Shown: positions 28,763-38,275, numbered from the stretch's first letter. The stretch is 64,000 bases of DNA from a virus (IMGVR_UViG_3300028048_000057:1-64000); one strand, 5' to 3'. Notes: generated by a model not told the origin, from the sequence alone. A program made the numbers and translations.

Positions 28763-30277
28763 ATGGCAGTTAAAAAACTATTAGATGAAAACAGTTTGCT
28801 TGCTGTTAAAACTTATGTAGATACCTTTGGTGGTAAAGTTGATGATGTTCAAGTTAATAGCACTTCTGTTATTTCTAATAAAATTGCAAATATAGCAGTT
28901 GATGGTACATATAATGCAAGTACAAATAAGATTGCTTCACTTAGTAGTATCACAAATGCTATTAATGCTTTAGATGTTAGTAATATTACTGGATTTGGTG
29001 CAGGTAAAACATTAGCCACTTTAGTTGAAACTAATGGTAAGATTAGTGCTACCTTCCAAGACATCAGTATTACAGAATCTCAAATTAGTGATTTTGGTTC
29101 TTATGTACCTACAACTAGAACAATTGCAGGATTAGGATTATCTAGTAATATTAGTTCTAGTGACTTAGTGAATGCTTTAGGATTAAGTCAAGCATTAACA
29201 TTTGTGGGTGCATCAACTACAAACCCTACAGGAACAAGTGGTGCAACAGTTAGTGGACACACTACTTGGAAAAAAGGTGATGTAGTATTATACAATAATT
29301 TAGAATATGTAAACATTACAGGTTCTAATACTTCAAGTTCTACACCAAACCCTAACTGGGAAGAATTAGGCGATGGAGCAAGTTATGCCTTAAAGACAAC
29401 TACAATTAGTGCTGGTAGTGGTTTAACTGGTGGTGGAGATTTATCAGCAAATAGAACTATTAGCCATGCTACTCCAAGTGGTGCTACTACTAAAACTAGT
29501 GGATTCTATAAATTCTCTACAGATTCATTTGGACATGTTAATGGCACTACAGCAGTTGCTCTTAGTGATTTAACTGGATTAGGTGCAGCAGATAATAGTA
29601 AAGTAGTTCATTTAGGTACAAGTTCTAGTCCAAGTGATGAAACCATTTATGGTTTAAAAACATTTATAGGTGCATCAGGCTCTAGTCAAAAACATGCAGC
29701 AACCTTTGTAGATACTATTTATATTGCAAGTGATTCCGCATCAACAACAATGCCTTTAGAATTACAATCTAAGGAGAGTGGAAAAGGAATCATTTCAGTA
29801 GGTGGTGGCAGTGGTAATTTACAAGTAGTACTAGGTGTTACTGGTAAGATAGTAGGCACTTTGTCTGGTTATGGTGTTAAATTACCTAATACATCTGGTT
29901 GGACTGCAGATAAAATTATTGCAACTTTGGATGATATTCCACCATTAGGAGAATATGTTAAAGGACCTTCAAGTTCTACTGATGGTAATATTGCATTGTT
30001 TGATGGTACTACAGGTAAACTAATCAAAGATGGTGGTACTTCACTTGCTACAGTTACATCTCACATTAGTGATTCTAATATCCATGTTACAAGTGCAAAC
30101 AAAACATCATGGAATAGTAAAGTATCAGATGTTAAAGTAACAGAAGTTAGTGGTCAAACAACTCAAGATGGATATCAAAAATTACAACAAAGTAAAGATA
30201 GTGGAAGTACTTATACTGATATAGTTGCTTGCTTATCTTATAATGAAGCATGGGCTATCCTTACAGCAAGTAATTAA
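28763..30277 (+). CDS. Ser/Thr/Gly-rich fibre protein (possible head/collar fibre)
   Basis: AGSGLTGGGDLSANRTI, DSFGHV, GPSSSTDGNIALFDGTTGKLIKD, H..D..IHV...K..WN fibre motifs. Confidence 0.7.
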   Translation: MAVKKLLDENSLLAVKTYVDTFGGKVDDVQVNSTSVISNKIANIAVDGTYNASTNKIASLSSITNAINALDVSNITGFGAGKTLATLVETNGKISATFQDISITESQISDFGSYVPTTRTIAGLGLSSNISSSDLVNALGLSQALTFVGASTTNPTGTSGATVSGHTTWKKGDVVLYNNLEYVNITGSNTSSSTPNPNWEELGDGASYALKTTTISAGSGLTGGGDLSANRTISHATPSGATTKTSGFYKFSTDSFGHVNGTTAVALSDLTGLGAADNSKVVHLGTSSSPSDETIYGLKTFIGASGSSQKHAATFVDTIYIASDSASTTMPLELQSKESGKGIISVGGGSGNLQVVLGVTGKIVGTLSGYGVKLPNTSGWTADKIIATLDDIPPLGEYVKGPSSSTDGNIALFDGTTGKLIKDGGTSLATVTSHISDSNIHVTSANKTSWNSKVSDVKVTEVSGQTTQDGYQKLQQSKDSGSTYTDIVACLSYNEAWAILTASN

Positions 30278-30297
30278 AATTAAATAATTATTAATAT

Positions 30298-30332
30298 AAA
30301 TCACATTGACAAATAGTTGGTGTGATTTTTTT
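30298..30332 (+). terminator. Intrinsic terminator
   Basis: AAATCACATTGAC-aaata-GTTGGTGTGATTT plus T-run. Confidence 0.7.
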
Positions 30333-30333
30333 A

Positions 30334-30362
30334 TTGACAATATTTTTAGATGTCCTTATAAT
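30334..30362 (+). promoter_or_regulatory. Consensus sigma-A/70 early promoter
   Basis: TTGACA-17 bp-TATAAT. Confidence 0.9.
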
Positions 30363-30388
30363 TAAATCAGAAAGAAGGTAAACACTAT

Positions 30389-30541
30389 ATGACTATTAAA
30401 GAAAGGTTATTGCAAGAATATGAAGCAGCAATTAATGCTGTGTATGGAGACTTAGCAGATAAGCAGGAAGAAGAAGTTAACATCAAATCTGGTGATATTG
30501 ATAGCATTGGTAACAAAGTCAAATTCTATCTTGACATCTAA
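30389..30541 (+). CDS. 50-aa early protein (not in ORF track)
   Basis: MTIKERLLQEYE...KFYLDI; AAGG RBS; behind promoter 30334. Confidence 0.6.
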   Translation: MTIKERLLQEYEAAINAVYGDLADKQEEEVNIKSGDIDSIGNKVKFYLDI

Positions 30542-30559
30542 TTAACAACTATTTATAAT
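30531..30559 (+). promoter_or_regulatory. Consensus sigma-A/70 early promoter
   Basis: TTGACA-17 bp-TATAAT. Confidence 0.9.
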
Positions 30560-30583
30560 TTATAATGTGAGGTACAATTAAAT

Positions 30584-30832
30584 ATGATATATACTAGAAC
30601 AGAAACACATGAAGGCAATGATTGCCTTATAACTAAAGATGCTCATATTGTATCAGTATATAATGATAGTGGTAGTTGCATTGGCTATGTTGCTACTCGT
30701 TCTACTATCTATAGAGGATGCTGGGGATTTGATTCTGGTAGTCAATCTTTTGTGTATGATACTGACCATAAACAAGAGGCCATTGATTGGTGTGAAGAAT
30801 TCTTTGGTACTACAAAGGTGGTGACTGAATAA
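30584..30832 (+). CDS. Hypothetical early protein
   Basis: GAGGT RBS; behind promoter. Confidence 0.65.
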   Translation: MIYTRTETHEGNDCLITKDAHIVSVYNDSGSCIGYVATRSTIYRGCWGFDSGSQSFVYDTDHKQEAIDWCEEFFGTTKVVTE

Positions 30833-31089
30833 TGTCTAAAAGAAAGTTAACTAAAATTGTCAAGAAAAGAAGACTCAACTATAAGCCTACTATTGGGATT
30901 ACTTTAGATAATGGTAAAAGGGTTAGTGTTAACTCTGTGGTCTATTGGGATATTATTAGAAAAGAAGAGGAAGCAAAAGCAGAAGCAGAGATGTATAGTG
31001 TTGCTCATAAACTAATTAGAGAAATGTTTCCTAGTATAGCCCTTATTGAAGATATGTGTGCAAGTATGGGAGCATGGGGATACTTTTAA
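30832..31089 (+). CDS. Hypothetical protein
   Basis: TAATG coupling. Confidence 0.6.
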   Translation: MSKRKLTKIVKKRRLNYKPTIGITLDNGKRVSVNSVVYWDIIRKEEEAKAEAEMYSVAHKLIREMFPSIALIEDMCASMGAWGYF

Positions 31090-31100
31090 GAGGTGACTTT

Positions 31101-31376
31101 ATGTTTAAAAAATTAAAATTAAAAAGAAGATATAATAAAGAATTAGATGAACTCTTCCAAGAATATCTTTGGGATTGTAATTTTCTTACTTCTAGTATTA
31201 TGATACATAGAAATGACAATGGAGGTAAAAACTATAAATCATTTAATGAATGTTGTAATATTGCTTGTAAGTATGCTAAAGAACTTTACCTTAGAAGAAA
31301 GAAAGAAATTGATAATAAATATATGTTATTAGGAATTTCTAAGGAAGAACTTGCTAAATGGTTATCTCAAAGATAA
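31101..31376 (+). CDS. Hypothetical protein
   Basis: Start moved to the ATG after GAGGTG. Confidence 0.6.
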   Translation: MFKKLKLKRRYNKELDELFQEYLWDCNFLTSSIMIHRNDNGGKNYKSFNECCNIACKYAKELYLRRKKEIDNKYMLLGISKEELAKWLSQR

Positions 31377-31434
31377 AAGAGAAATCAATAAAAATTATAA
31401 TAACAATGTGAAGTTTATAGGAGGTAATTAATAT

Positions 31435-31923
31435 ATGTTAGTTTGGTTAATTATTAGTATCATTGTATTAGTTTTATCTTTAGGTTGTTTATTTGGATTT
31501 ATAATTTATGCTAAAAAATCTGAATATTATCATCCTAATGTAGAAGTATTTGCAATCATAAGTGGAATAATTGCTTTTATAAGTTCTGCTAGTTTAACTG
31601 CAAGTGCATGTTTATTTCCTCAATGGAAAGAAAGTTACAATTATAAGATGGCTAATATTTTATCTATTAGTAGAGAATCTGAAGTAGAAGGAAGATTTGT
31701 ACTAGGGAGTGGAAGTATTAAAGAAACCCAATACTATTTTTATTATTATGAAACTAATATGGGAGTTAAATTAGGGAAAATTGATGCTTCAAAAACTTAT
31801 ATTATTGAAACAAGTGAATATGAACCTTGTATTTATGATACTAAGATTGGTGACTCCTTTGAACAATATTATACTTTATATGTTCCTTACAATACCCTTG
31901 TTACAAATTACATTTTAAATTAA
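31435..31923 (+). CDS. Membrane protein (2 TM) with GxFxLGSG phage motif
   Basis: GGAGGT RBS; two hydrophobic helices; EGRFVLGSGSI...YFYY. Confidence 0.7.
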   Translation: MLVWLIISIIVLVLSLGCLFGFIIYAKKSEYYHPNVEVFAIISGIIAFISSASLTASACLFPQWKESYNYKMANILSISRESEVEGRFVLGSGSIKETQYYFYYYETNMGVKLGKIDASKTYIIETSEYEPCIYDTKIGDSFEQYYTLYVPYNTLVTNYILN

Positions 31924-31936
31924 AAGGTAAACCTAT

Positions 31937-32149
31937 ATGATTATATTTATTCAAATGTTATGTTGGTTATTAGTGGAGTTTGTTATTGTATTTGTTCATA
32001 TTTCTTTAATGATGCAGTTATTAGGTGATGATGCTTTTCTTAAAAATACACCTATGGAATTAGCAAATAAAATTTTATTTTGTATAATATCATGTGCACT
32101 TACTTCTGGAATTATAGGTATGTGTTTCTTAAGATTGGTTACTATGTAA
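31937..32149 (+). CDS. Small membrane protein
   Basis: Two hydrophobic segments; AAGG RBS. Confidence 0.55.
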   Translation: MIIFIQMLCWLLVEFVIVFVHISLMMQLLGDDAFLKNTPMELANKILFCIISCALTSGIIGMCFLRLVTM

Positions 32150-32161
32150 AGGAGTATTTAG

Positions 32162-32401
32162 ATGAAAAGAAAATATACAAAATGTGAATGTTGTCCATTT
32201 TATGCTAAAGAAATGAAAAGTGGAAAATGGGAATGTTCAAAAATAAATCCTAGTTATTATACCCCAAGGAGTTATACAAGGGAAGAAAAATCAGGAAGTT
32301 TATGTATTTTTAATTATCATAGCAGTGAGGATAAAGATAATAACTTAAAAAATCAAATACTAGAGCGTTGGATAAATGCTAATAAAGGAGAGAATCAATA
32401 A
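32162..32401 (+). CDS. Cys-rich hypothetical protein
   Basis: CECCPF...C...C; AAGGAG RBS. Confidence 0.6.
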   Translation: MKRKYTKCECCPFYAKEMKSGKWECSKINPSYYTPRSYTREEKSGSLCIFNYHSSEDKDNNLKNQILERWINANKGENQ

Positions 32402-32565
32402 TGAAATCAATTCCACATTATTATTTAGCCTTGCTTATTTGGGTTTTAGAGATTATAATGTTTGCTTCAATTGTATTATTACCATTAGTAGTTTGGTTAA
32501 GAGATAATTTTGATGCCTTTAAAGTTCCTTTTTGTTGTGCTTATTGTGAAAATTGGAGGAATTAG
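32401..32565 (+). CDS. 54-aa membrane peptide (not in ORF track)
   Basis: MKSIPHYYLALLIW...CCAYCENWRN; AAGGAG RBS; TAATG coupling. Confidence 0.55.
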   Translation: MKSIPHYYLALLIWVLEIIMFASIVLLPLVVWLRDNFDAFKVPFCCAYCENWRN

Positions 32566-32566
32566 T

Positions 32567-32842
32567 ATGCTAATAAAAGCAATAGTTAAAAGAGAAGAAG
32601 AATTTGATTTAAGACAATTTAATTTTTATTGTGAAGAAACAATAGAAGAAAATAAAGATTCTAATTTATCTTTTGATGAACTAGTAAATAAATGTTATGA
32701 AAACTTATTGTTTACATTTATTGAAGATTTAGGATATGATATCATCTCTGTCAATGAACAAGATAAACAAAAAGTCTTATATTGGATTAGACAAAATGTA
32801 AAAGACATTTTAGATAAAAAGAAGAAAGAGGTCTTGTTATGA
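32567..32842 (+). CDS. Hypothetical protein
   Basis: Start moved to the ATG after GGAGG. Confidence 0.6.
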   Translation: MLIKAIVKREEEFDLRQFNFYCEETIEENKDSNLSFDELVNKCYENLLFTFIEDLGYDIISVNEQDKQKVLYWIRQNVKDILDKKKKEVLL

Positions 32843-33222
32843 TTACAAATGAAAACATTATGAAATACATTAGAACGAAAGATGACAAAATCTATGAATT
32901 GCAAGCAGCAAAAAGTGGAGAAAAATATCTTGTTAGGAGAAATGAACTAATACCAATGTGGAACACTAACGAGTATGAAATCATTAAGCAAGCCGACACT
33001 ATTGAGGAATTGTGTGATTGCTGTGTTTGTTTTATCAAAGATGGATACTATCCTTATATTTATTCTATTGAAGATATTAAGTATTTAAGAAAGTTGGAAC
33101 AATTTGGGGGCAAAATAAGAAATAACAGAGTGTATGAAAAAGTTTATCTTACCCTCTGGACTGATAAAGGTCTTATCTATGTAGCAAAGATGAACGACAA
33201 AGGAGAGTTAGAATTATTATGA
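32839..33222 (+). CDS. Hypothetical phage protein
   Basis: ATGA overlap; KYIRTKD...KQADTIEELCD...GLIYVAKMN. Confidence 0.65.
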   Translation: MITNENIMKYIRTKDDKIYELQAAKSGEKYLVRRNELIPMWNTNEYEIIKQADTIEELCDCCVCFIKDGYYPYIYSIEDIKYLRKLEQFGGKIRNNRVYEKVYLTLWTDKGLIYVAKMNDKGELELL

Positions 33223-33404
33223 AAAAGAAAATTAAAGATTTGACTTTAGAAGAAATGAATAAGATTTGTGCTTTTCATAATGAAAAAGGAACATCTTGCT
33301 TGAATAATCATTGTAAATGTCCTTTACTTTTTGCAGGTGCTTGCTTAAGAGGTTTTGTTGAAAAATTGCAATACATTAAAAAAGAGGTAGAAGTTGATGA
33401 CTAA
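33219..33404 (+). CDS. Cys-rich hypothetical protein
   Basis: KKIKDLT...C...C...CPL; AAGGAG RBS. Confidence 0.6.
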   Translation: MKKKIKDLTLEEMNKICAFHNEKGTSCLNNHCKCPLLFAGACLRGFVEKLQYIKKEVEVDD

Positions 33405-33777
33405 AGAATTAACACCATTAGAAGCATTAAAAAACTTAGCAAAGATGTTTAGTTGTGAAACCCCATTTTGGGATAGTAATATGCAAATCATTGAATCTGC
33501 ACTTAAAAAGTTAGAAAAATGGGAAAACCTTAAAATCAGTGAAGAAGAAGCACATTGGTTAATGACTTTGATAAGCAACCCTGAAGGTCAATTAGATAAA
33601 CTCAAAGCATTAGAGATAATTAAAAAGAAAATGGTTGATATATCTATGTTTTATTGTACTGATGTTTTATCAGAATATAATGATTGGGCAAGAAAACATT
33701 TAACTTTATTACCACCTGAAAAAAGAGAACTAACCAAGGAAGAATACAATTTATTAAAAAGGTGTTGTTATGATTAA
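33397..33777 (+). CDS. Hypothetical phage protein
   Basis: GAGGT RBS; LKALEIIKKK...LTKEEYNLLK. Confidence 0.6.
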   Translation: MTKELTPLEALKNLAKMFSCETPFWDSNMQIIESALKKLEKWENLKISEEEAHWLMTLISNPEGQLDKLKALEIIKKKMVDISMFYCTDVLSEYNDWARKHLTLLPPEKRELTKEEYNLLKRCCYD

Positions 33778-33988
33778 ATGGAAAGTATTTGAAAGTAAAA
33801 CTCCAAAACAACTTATGAAAACACTACAAAATTGGGGTTGGAAGAAAGAAGACATTATCAATTTATTAGTCTATTATGAAATAGAAGATGAAGAAACCTT
33901 AAAAGGAACTACTTATCTTAATATATGTACTAAATATAAAATTATTTTAACTGAATGTGTTGAAGAAGAATATGACAATGCATATTAA
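33770..33988 (+). CDS. Hypothetical protein
   Basis: Overlapping start with AAGGT RBS. Confidence 0.55.
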   Translation: MIKWKVFESKTPKQLMKTLQNWGWKKEDIINLLVYYEIEDEETLKGTTYLNICTKYKIILTECVEEEYDNAY

Positions 33989-33993
33989 TAAAT

Positions 33994-34020
33994 AAAGAAC
34001 TTAATTGTTCTTTTTTTTTT
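33994..34020 (+). terminator. Intrinsic terminator ending the early island
   Basis: AAAGAAC-ttaatt-GTTCTTT then long T-run. Confidence 0.7.
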
Positions 34021-34021
34021 A

Positions 34022-34050
34022 TTGTATTATTATCTTAATTTTGCTAAAAT
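34022..34050 (+). promoter_or_regulatory. Sigma-A-like promoter overlapping a late-motif variant
   Basis: TTGTAT-17-TAAAAT with TG extension (TGCTAAAAT). Confidence 0.55.
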
Positions 34051-34070
34051 AATATAAGAGGTAATTTGTC

Positions 34071-34268
34071 ATGGCTAAGAAAAAGAAAAAATTAAAAATC
34101 AATTATACAAAGTCATCAAGTGGAGTGGTTACTTTACATTTAGACCCTAAAGATATTAAAGTAAGAAATGAACTACATTTTCAGACTCAATTAAATACTA
34201 AAGCACAAGTATATAAAGATAAAACAAAATACTCTAGGAAAAGAAAGCATAAGAATAAAGAAGAGTAA
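34071..34268 (+). CDS. Small basic protein with ArfA-like C-terminus
   Basis: KAQVYKDKTKYSRKRKHK; GAGGT RBS. Confidence 0.55.
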   Translation: MAKKKKKLKINYTKSSSGVVTLHLDPKDIKVRNELHFQTQLNTKAQVYKDKTKYSRKRKHKNKEE

Positions 34269-34277
34269 CTCTTTTTG

Positions 34278-34294
34278 TGCTAAATTTAATGATA
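34278..34294 (+). promoter_or_regulatory. Putative late promoter TGCTAAATTTAATGATA
   Basis: Extended motif upstream of 34321. Confidence 0.75.
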
Positions 34295-34320
34295 AATTTA
34301 CTAGGAGAAAATAACTGTAT

Positions 34321-37300
34321 ATGGAATTATATGATAAAGTAACTCAAGTATTAGATGATTATGGTATTCTTTATGGTGATATTGTAGAAAATGATGATGG
34401 TTCTATTAATATTGTTGGTGTTGAAGAAGATGAATGGGATGAAGTAGTTGATGCTATTAAAGAAGAATTAGGCCTTGATGTTTTAGTTCCAGATTCAGAC
34501 CATGATGAATTAGACAATGAATTAATTGTTAGAGAATCCTTAAAAGAATCTTGTGTAAAATATACAAAACCAACTAAAGAAGATATTGAAGAATGGGACC
34601 CTGATTTTGATATTTGTTGTAAAGATGTTGCTAATGGATTAGATAGTGGCTATTGGCATGGACAAACCTCAAGTGAAAGAAGTTGGGGATTAAGTGTTAA
34701 TGGTAAAGATGGAAATCAATTTAGTCCATTATTTGCAGATGTAGTTGCTTATGAAATTTCTTATCCAGTTAGAGATGGTTTATTTAGTTATAGTGGTTTA
34801 GATTGTGTTCCTAATAAATCTACATTCTCCTATATGAGTGAAGAAGATTGGAAAGATGAAGATAAATTAGAAACACTTAGAAATGATTTATTAAGTGTTG
34901 GTTGTGAAGAAGAAGAAATTAATAAATTCTTTAAAGATGAAATTAGTGAAATTGAATTCTATGTTGATTATGAAATTGATATTGATGATTTAGAAGAAGA
35001 TGAAGAAGAAACTGATGAATCTTTAAAAGAAGATAAAAGTTTTAAGGATTTAACAATTGAAGACATGTTCTTTGAAGTTTCTGGTAAGAAATTTAAAGTT
35101 TTTGATAAAAATGGTCACTTCACAAAAGAAGCATGGAAATTATATGATAAAGTAGCAAAGAAATTTGGAGATTATGATGAGTTTGATGCTCTTTGTGGTG
35201 AAGAAGGTTGTTTTGAAGATGATGAAGATATTCAATACCCTTCTAATGAATCTTTAAAAGAAGCAAAAGATGAAGATAAATTAGAAACCTTTGAAGATAA
35301 AATGGACTTCTTAGCAAAAGATGAACAAGAAGCAATTGATGGTTATGACAAAGTTATTGCTATGTTAAATCCAGATGAAGATGCTTTTGTTATTGAACAA
35401 TTAACTAAAATTAAAATTGAAGAAGAAGCACATAAAAAATATCTTGAAGATGTTAAAACTAATAAAGAGTTAGAATATACTGAACCTTTAGAACAAGATG
35501 AACTTGAAGAAGGTAAAACAAGTGCTCAAAAATATAATGATATGCTTCATAGAACTTTTGAGATGGCTAAAAAAGCCAATCTTGCTATGAAAGATTTCTT
35601 AATTAAAAATGGTGTTAGTGAAGAGGAAGCAGAAAAGTTATATCAAGATACAGGATTACATGGAAGTCCATTACAACAAAAATTAATTGACATGGGACTT
35701 AAAGATGAATTCTTTAGTAAATATGATTATAGTAAAGGTGTTATGAAAGAATCTAAACAAATTAAAGAAGCACAAGAAGGATTTACTACTTTCCTTAATT
35801 TAGAGTGTGGTGTATTATTAGAAGAAGACCACCCAGAATTTAAAGACTATTCAGTTGCTTATGACCATAAACATGGATATTATGATGAAACCTATCTCAA
35901 TTCTTTAGAAGGTGATTTAGAACTTCTTAAAGAGAGTGGATTAGATTATATCAAAAAAGGTGTTAATGGAACATATGCTATTTTAACTAAAGTAGATGTC
36001 CAAGGAAGCATGGAAGATGACTTTATTAAAGATGCTATCAAAGACATTGAAGATGGAATGTATATTGATAATAGTATTGAATTCTTAGATGGTGAACAAT
36101 TCAAAGCATCTAATGTCATTTGGAGTGCATACAAAGATGAGAATGGTGAAATCCATGAAAACTTTGTTGATACAAGTGTTACTGAAGAATGTAAAAAAGA
36201 ATTAAAAGAATACAATTTACCTAAAGATGCTAAACCATATAAAACATGTGGTGATAAAGAATATTATATTGCTACCTTTGATGATGTAGATAGAGCAATG
36301 ATGGGAAACAAAGCAACTCATACAATTGTCACTAAGAAAGTTGGTGGAGACTTTGATATGGGAAGTGCTAGTGGTTTAGACTTTAATAGTGAAGAAGAAG
36401 CCAAAAAGTGGATTGATGATGCATGCTCATTAAAAGAAGATGTTAGTGATGAAGTAGCAAGTAAATTACAAGCCTTATATGATGAAGGTAGAGTTTACTT
36501 TGACCTAGCCAAAGATAAAGATGGAGATGACTTCCTCATTGTTGATGGATGGGAAGATGTTAGAAAAATTCAAAAAGCATTAAAACCAGATTTTGAACCT
36601 AAAGATGAATATGACACAAGTGTCTTAGATGAATTATTTGACAATGGTTATCAATGGGGATTTAGAGATGAATACTCTAAATGTGATAGATGTGGAAAAG
36701 TAATTAGAACAGAAGCAGACTCTTATTCATGGGTTCCAGACTTCTTTGTAACAGAAGATGGAGAAATTATTTGTGGTGATTGTGTTAGAGAAAATCCTAA
36801 AGAATATTTAGAAACTTTATATAACAACCCAGAAAAGGCAAATACAATCTTAAGTGCTCAAGACTTAATTGATAATGGTTTTGAAAAGATTGATGGTGAC
36901 TATGAAGATGGTTGGTATGACAAACATGACTCACCAGAAGAAATCCTTAACAAGGCTTTAGAAGCACATCCTAATGGAGTATTTATTTTCCATATTAGTG
37001 GACAAGGACAATTTGCAACTCAATTTGAATTATGGGGTGCAGACCTTGACTTAGATGAATCTAAGAAAAAAGACATTAAAGAAGAAAATGAAGACCATTA
37101 TGTTGTTATCTATTATGAAGATGGTAGTCATGACATTTCTTATGGTGATTATGATAAATCTTGTAAATTTTATGATGAGTATGTAGAAAAATTAGGTTCT
37201 ACTATTGAATCAGGAAAGAAGATTGTTAAAGTTTTAAGATATAGTGAAAATGGTTGTGAAGAAAGTAAATCTTTAGAAGGATTTGAAAATATTGATGAAT

Positions 37301-37509
37301 CCTTAAAGGAATCCTACAAAGAAAATGACCTTATTGAATTTGAAGATGATGCACCTATGACTTTTGGTGATATTGTTGAAATGATGTACAATAGATTATC
37401 AAAGGAAGATAACTTAGTTGAGAACTTAGAAGAAGAAGCCCTCAAATGTGCTAAAAACTTCATTGAAGAAAAAGGTGGGCATAAAGCCACTAAAGATGCA
37501 GAAAAGTAA
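34321..37509 (+). CDS. Acidic multi-domain polyprotein (ferritin-like and Zn-ribbon domains, ESLKE linkers)
   Basis: ESLKE at 34534, 35017, 35248, 37297; DEQEAIDGY...EEEAH; CDRC...CGDC. Confidence 0.7.
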   Translation: MELYDKVTQVLDDYGILYGDIVENDDGSINIVGVEEDEWDEVVDAIKEELGLDVLVPDSDHDELDNELIVRESLKESCVKYTKPTKEDIEEWDPDFDICCKDVANGLDSGYWHGQTSSERSWGLSVNGKDGNQFSPLFADVVAYEISYPVRDGLFSYSGLDCVPNKSTFSYMSEEDWKDEDKLETLRNDLLSVGCEEEEINKFFKDEISEIEFYVDYEIDIDDLEEDEEETDESLKEDKSFKDLTIEDMFFEVSGKKFKVFDKNGHFTKEAWKLYDKVAKKFGDYDEFDALCGEEGCFEDDEDIQYPSNESLKEAKDEDKLETFEDKMDFLAKDEQEAIDGYDKVIAMLNPDEDAFVIEQLTKIKIEEEAHKKYLEDVKTNKELEYTEPLEQDELEEGKTSAQKYNDMLHRTFEMAKKANLAMKDFLIKNGVSEEEAEKLYQDTGLHGSPLQQKLIDMGLKDEFFSKYDYSKGVMKESKQIKEAQEGFTTFLNLECGVLLEEDHPEFKDYSVAYDHKHGYYDETYLNSLEGDLELLKESGLDYIKKGVNGTYAILTKVDVQGSMEDDFIKDAIKDIEDGMYIDNSIEFLDGEQFKASNVIWSAYKDENGEIHENFVDTSVTEECKKELKEYNLPKDAKPYKTCGDKEYYIATFDDVDRAMMGNKATHTIVTKKVGGDFDMGSASGLDFNSEEEAKKWIDDACSLKEDVSDEVASKLQALYDEGRVYFDLAKDKDGDDFLIVDGWEDVRKIQKALKPDFEPKDEYDTSVLDELFDNGYQWGFRDEYSKCDRCGKVIRTEADSYSWVPDFFVTEDGEIICGDCVRENPKEYLETLYNNPEKANTILSAQDLIDNGFEKIDGDYEDGWYDKHDSPEEILNKALEAHPNGVFIFHISGQGQFATQFELWGADLDLDESKKKDIKEENEDHYVVIYYEDGSHDISYGDYDKSCKFYDEYVEKLGSTIESGKKIVKVLRYSENGCEESKSLEGFENIDESLKESYKENDLIEFEDDAPMTFGDIVEMMYNRLSKEDNLVENLEEEALKCAKNFIEEKGGHKATKDAEK

Positions 37510-37556
37510 TCCTACTCATGGATTAACCTAAAAGTGGCTCAGAAAGGCTAAAAATA

Positions 37557-38273
37557 ATGGAAAAAGGCCAAAGAGTTAAAATTGTTAATACTAATTCTAT
37601 TTGGGATGATAAAGAAGGTGTCTTAGAAGATATTGAGGAAGAAAGATGTACAGTATTTGTAGATTTTATTCCAGAACAAAATAAAAAAGTAAGGCAATAC
37701 TTTAAGTTAGAAAATGTAGAACCAATAGATTCTTTTGATGAAGCCCTAAAAGATAAAGTTAGTGGTGAAGTGGGAGAATTAGAAAAAGACTTCAAAAATG
37801 GATATGGTTTATTAAAAACTAATAAAGGAAATACAATTCAAGTAGCCATTGATAACCTTGAAGAAGTAGAGGACGATGTTTCTTCTTCATTAAATGTTTT
37901 AGATGTTATAACTACAGAATCTTTTGAGGAAGATTATTTTAATTTACCTAATCCTAAAGAAGCAGATTGGTTCTTTGAAAAGAAAGAATCAAATAGTTTA
38001 ATGATTTTACAAAGATTAGGACTAGAAAAAACTATTCAACTAGGAAAGGCCAAAAAAGAATCTATTTCAAATAATAATAAATACAAAGGTGGAGTAACAG
38101 TTTATTCTTTATTTAAAGGTGCAGGAAGCGGGAATCAATTTAGAGCCTATTTTTATAGAGAAGGAAATACTTGTATCTTTGTAAGATGCTTGTTAAAGAA
38201 GACAACTAAAAATACATCAGAAGAAGATAAGGCAATTATGGACACCATAAATTATGCTTTATCTAAAAAATGA
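37557..38273 (+). CDS. KOW/SH3-like domains fused to RelE/Gp49-like domain
   Basis: GQRVKI...EGV.EDI...V; C-terminal RAYFY...FVRCLLKKT.K. Confidence 0.5.
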   Translation: MEKGQRVKIVNTNSIWDDKEGVLEDIEEERCTVFVDFIPEQNKKVRQYFKLENVEPIDSFDEALKDKVSGEVGELEKDFKNGYGLLKTNKGNTIQVAIDNLEEVEDDVSSSLNVLDVITTESFEEDYFNLPNPKEADWFFEKKESNSLMILQRLGLEKTIQLGKAKKESISNNNKYKGGVTVYSLFKGAGSGNQFRAYFYREGNTCIFVRCLLKKTTKNTSEEDKAIMDTINYALSKK

Positions 38274-38275
38274 TG

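Noticed and set aside
30639-30824. Overlapping plus-strand ORFs (also 8470..8664 and 12581..12829)
   Set aside because: Nested out of frame in better-supported genes and lacking RBS
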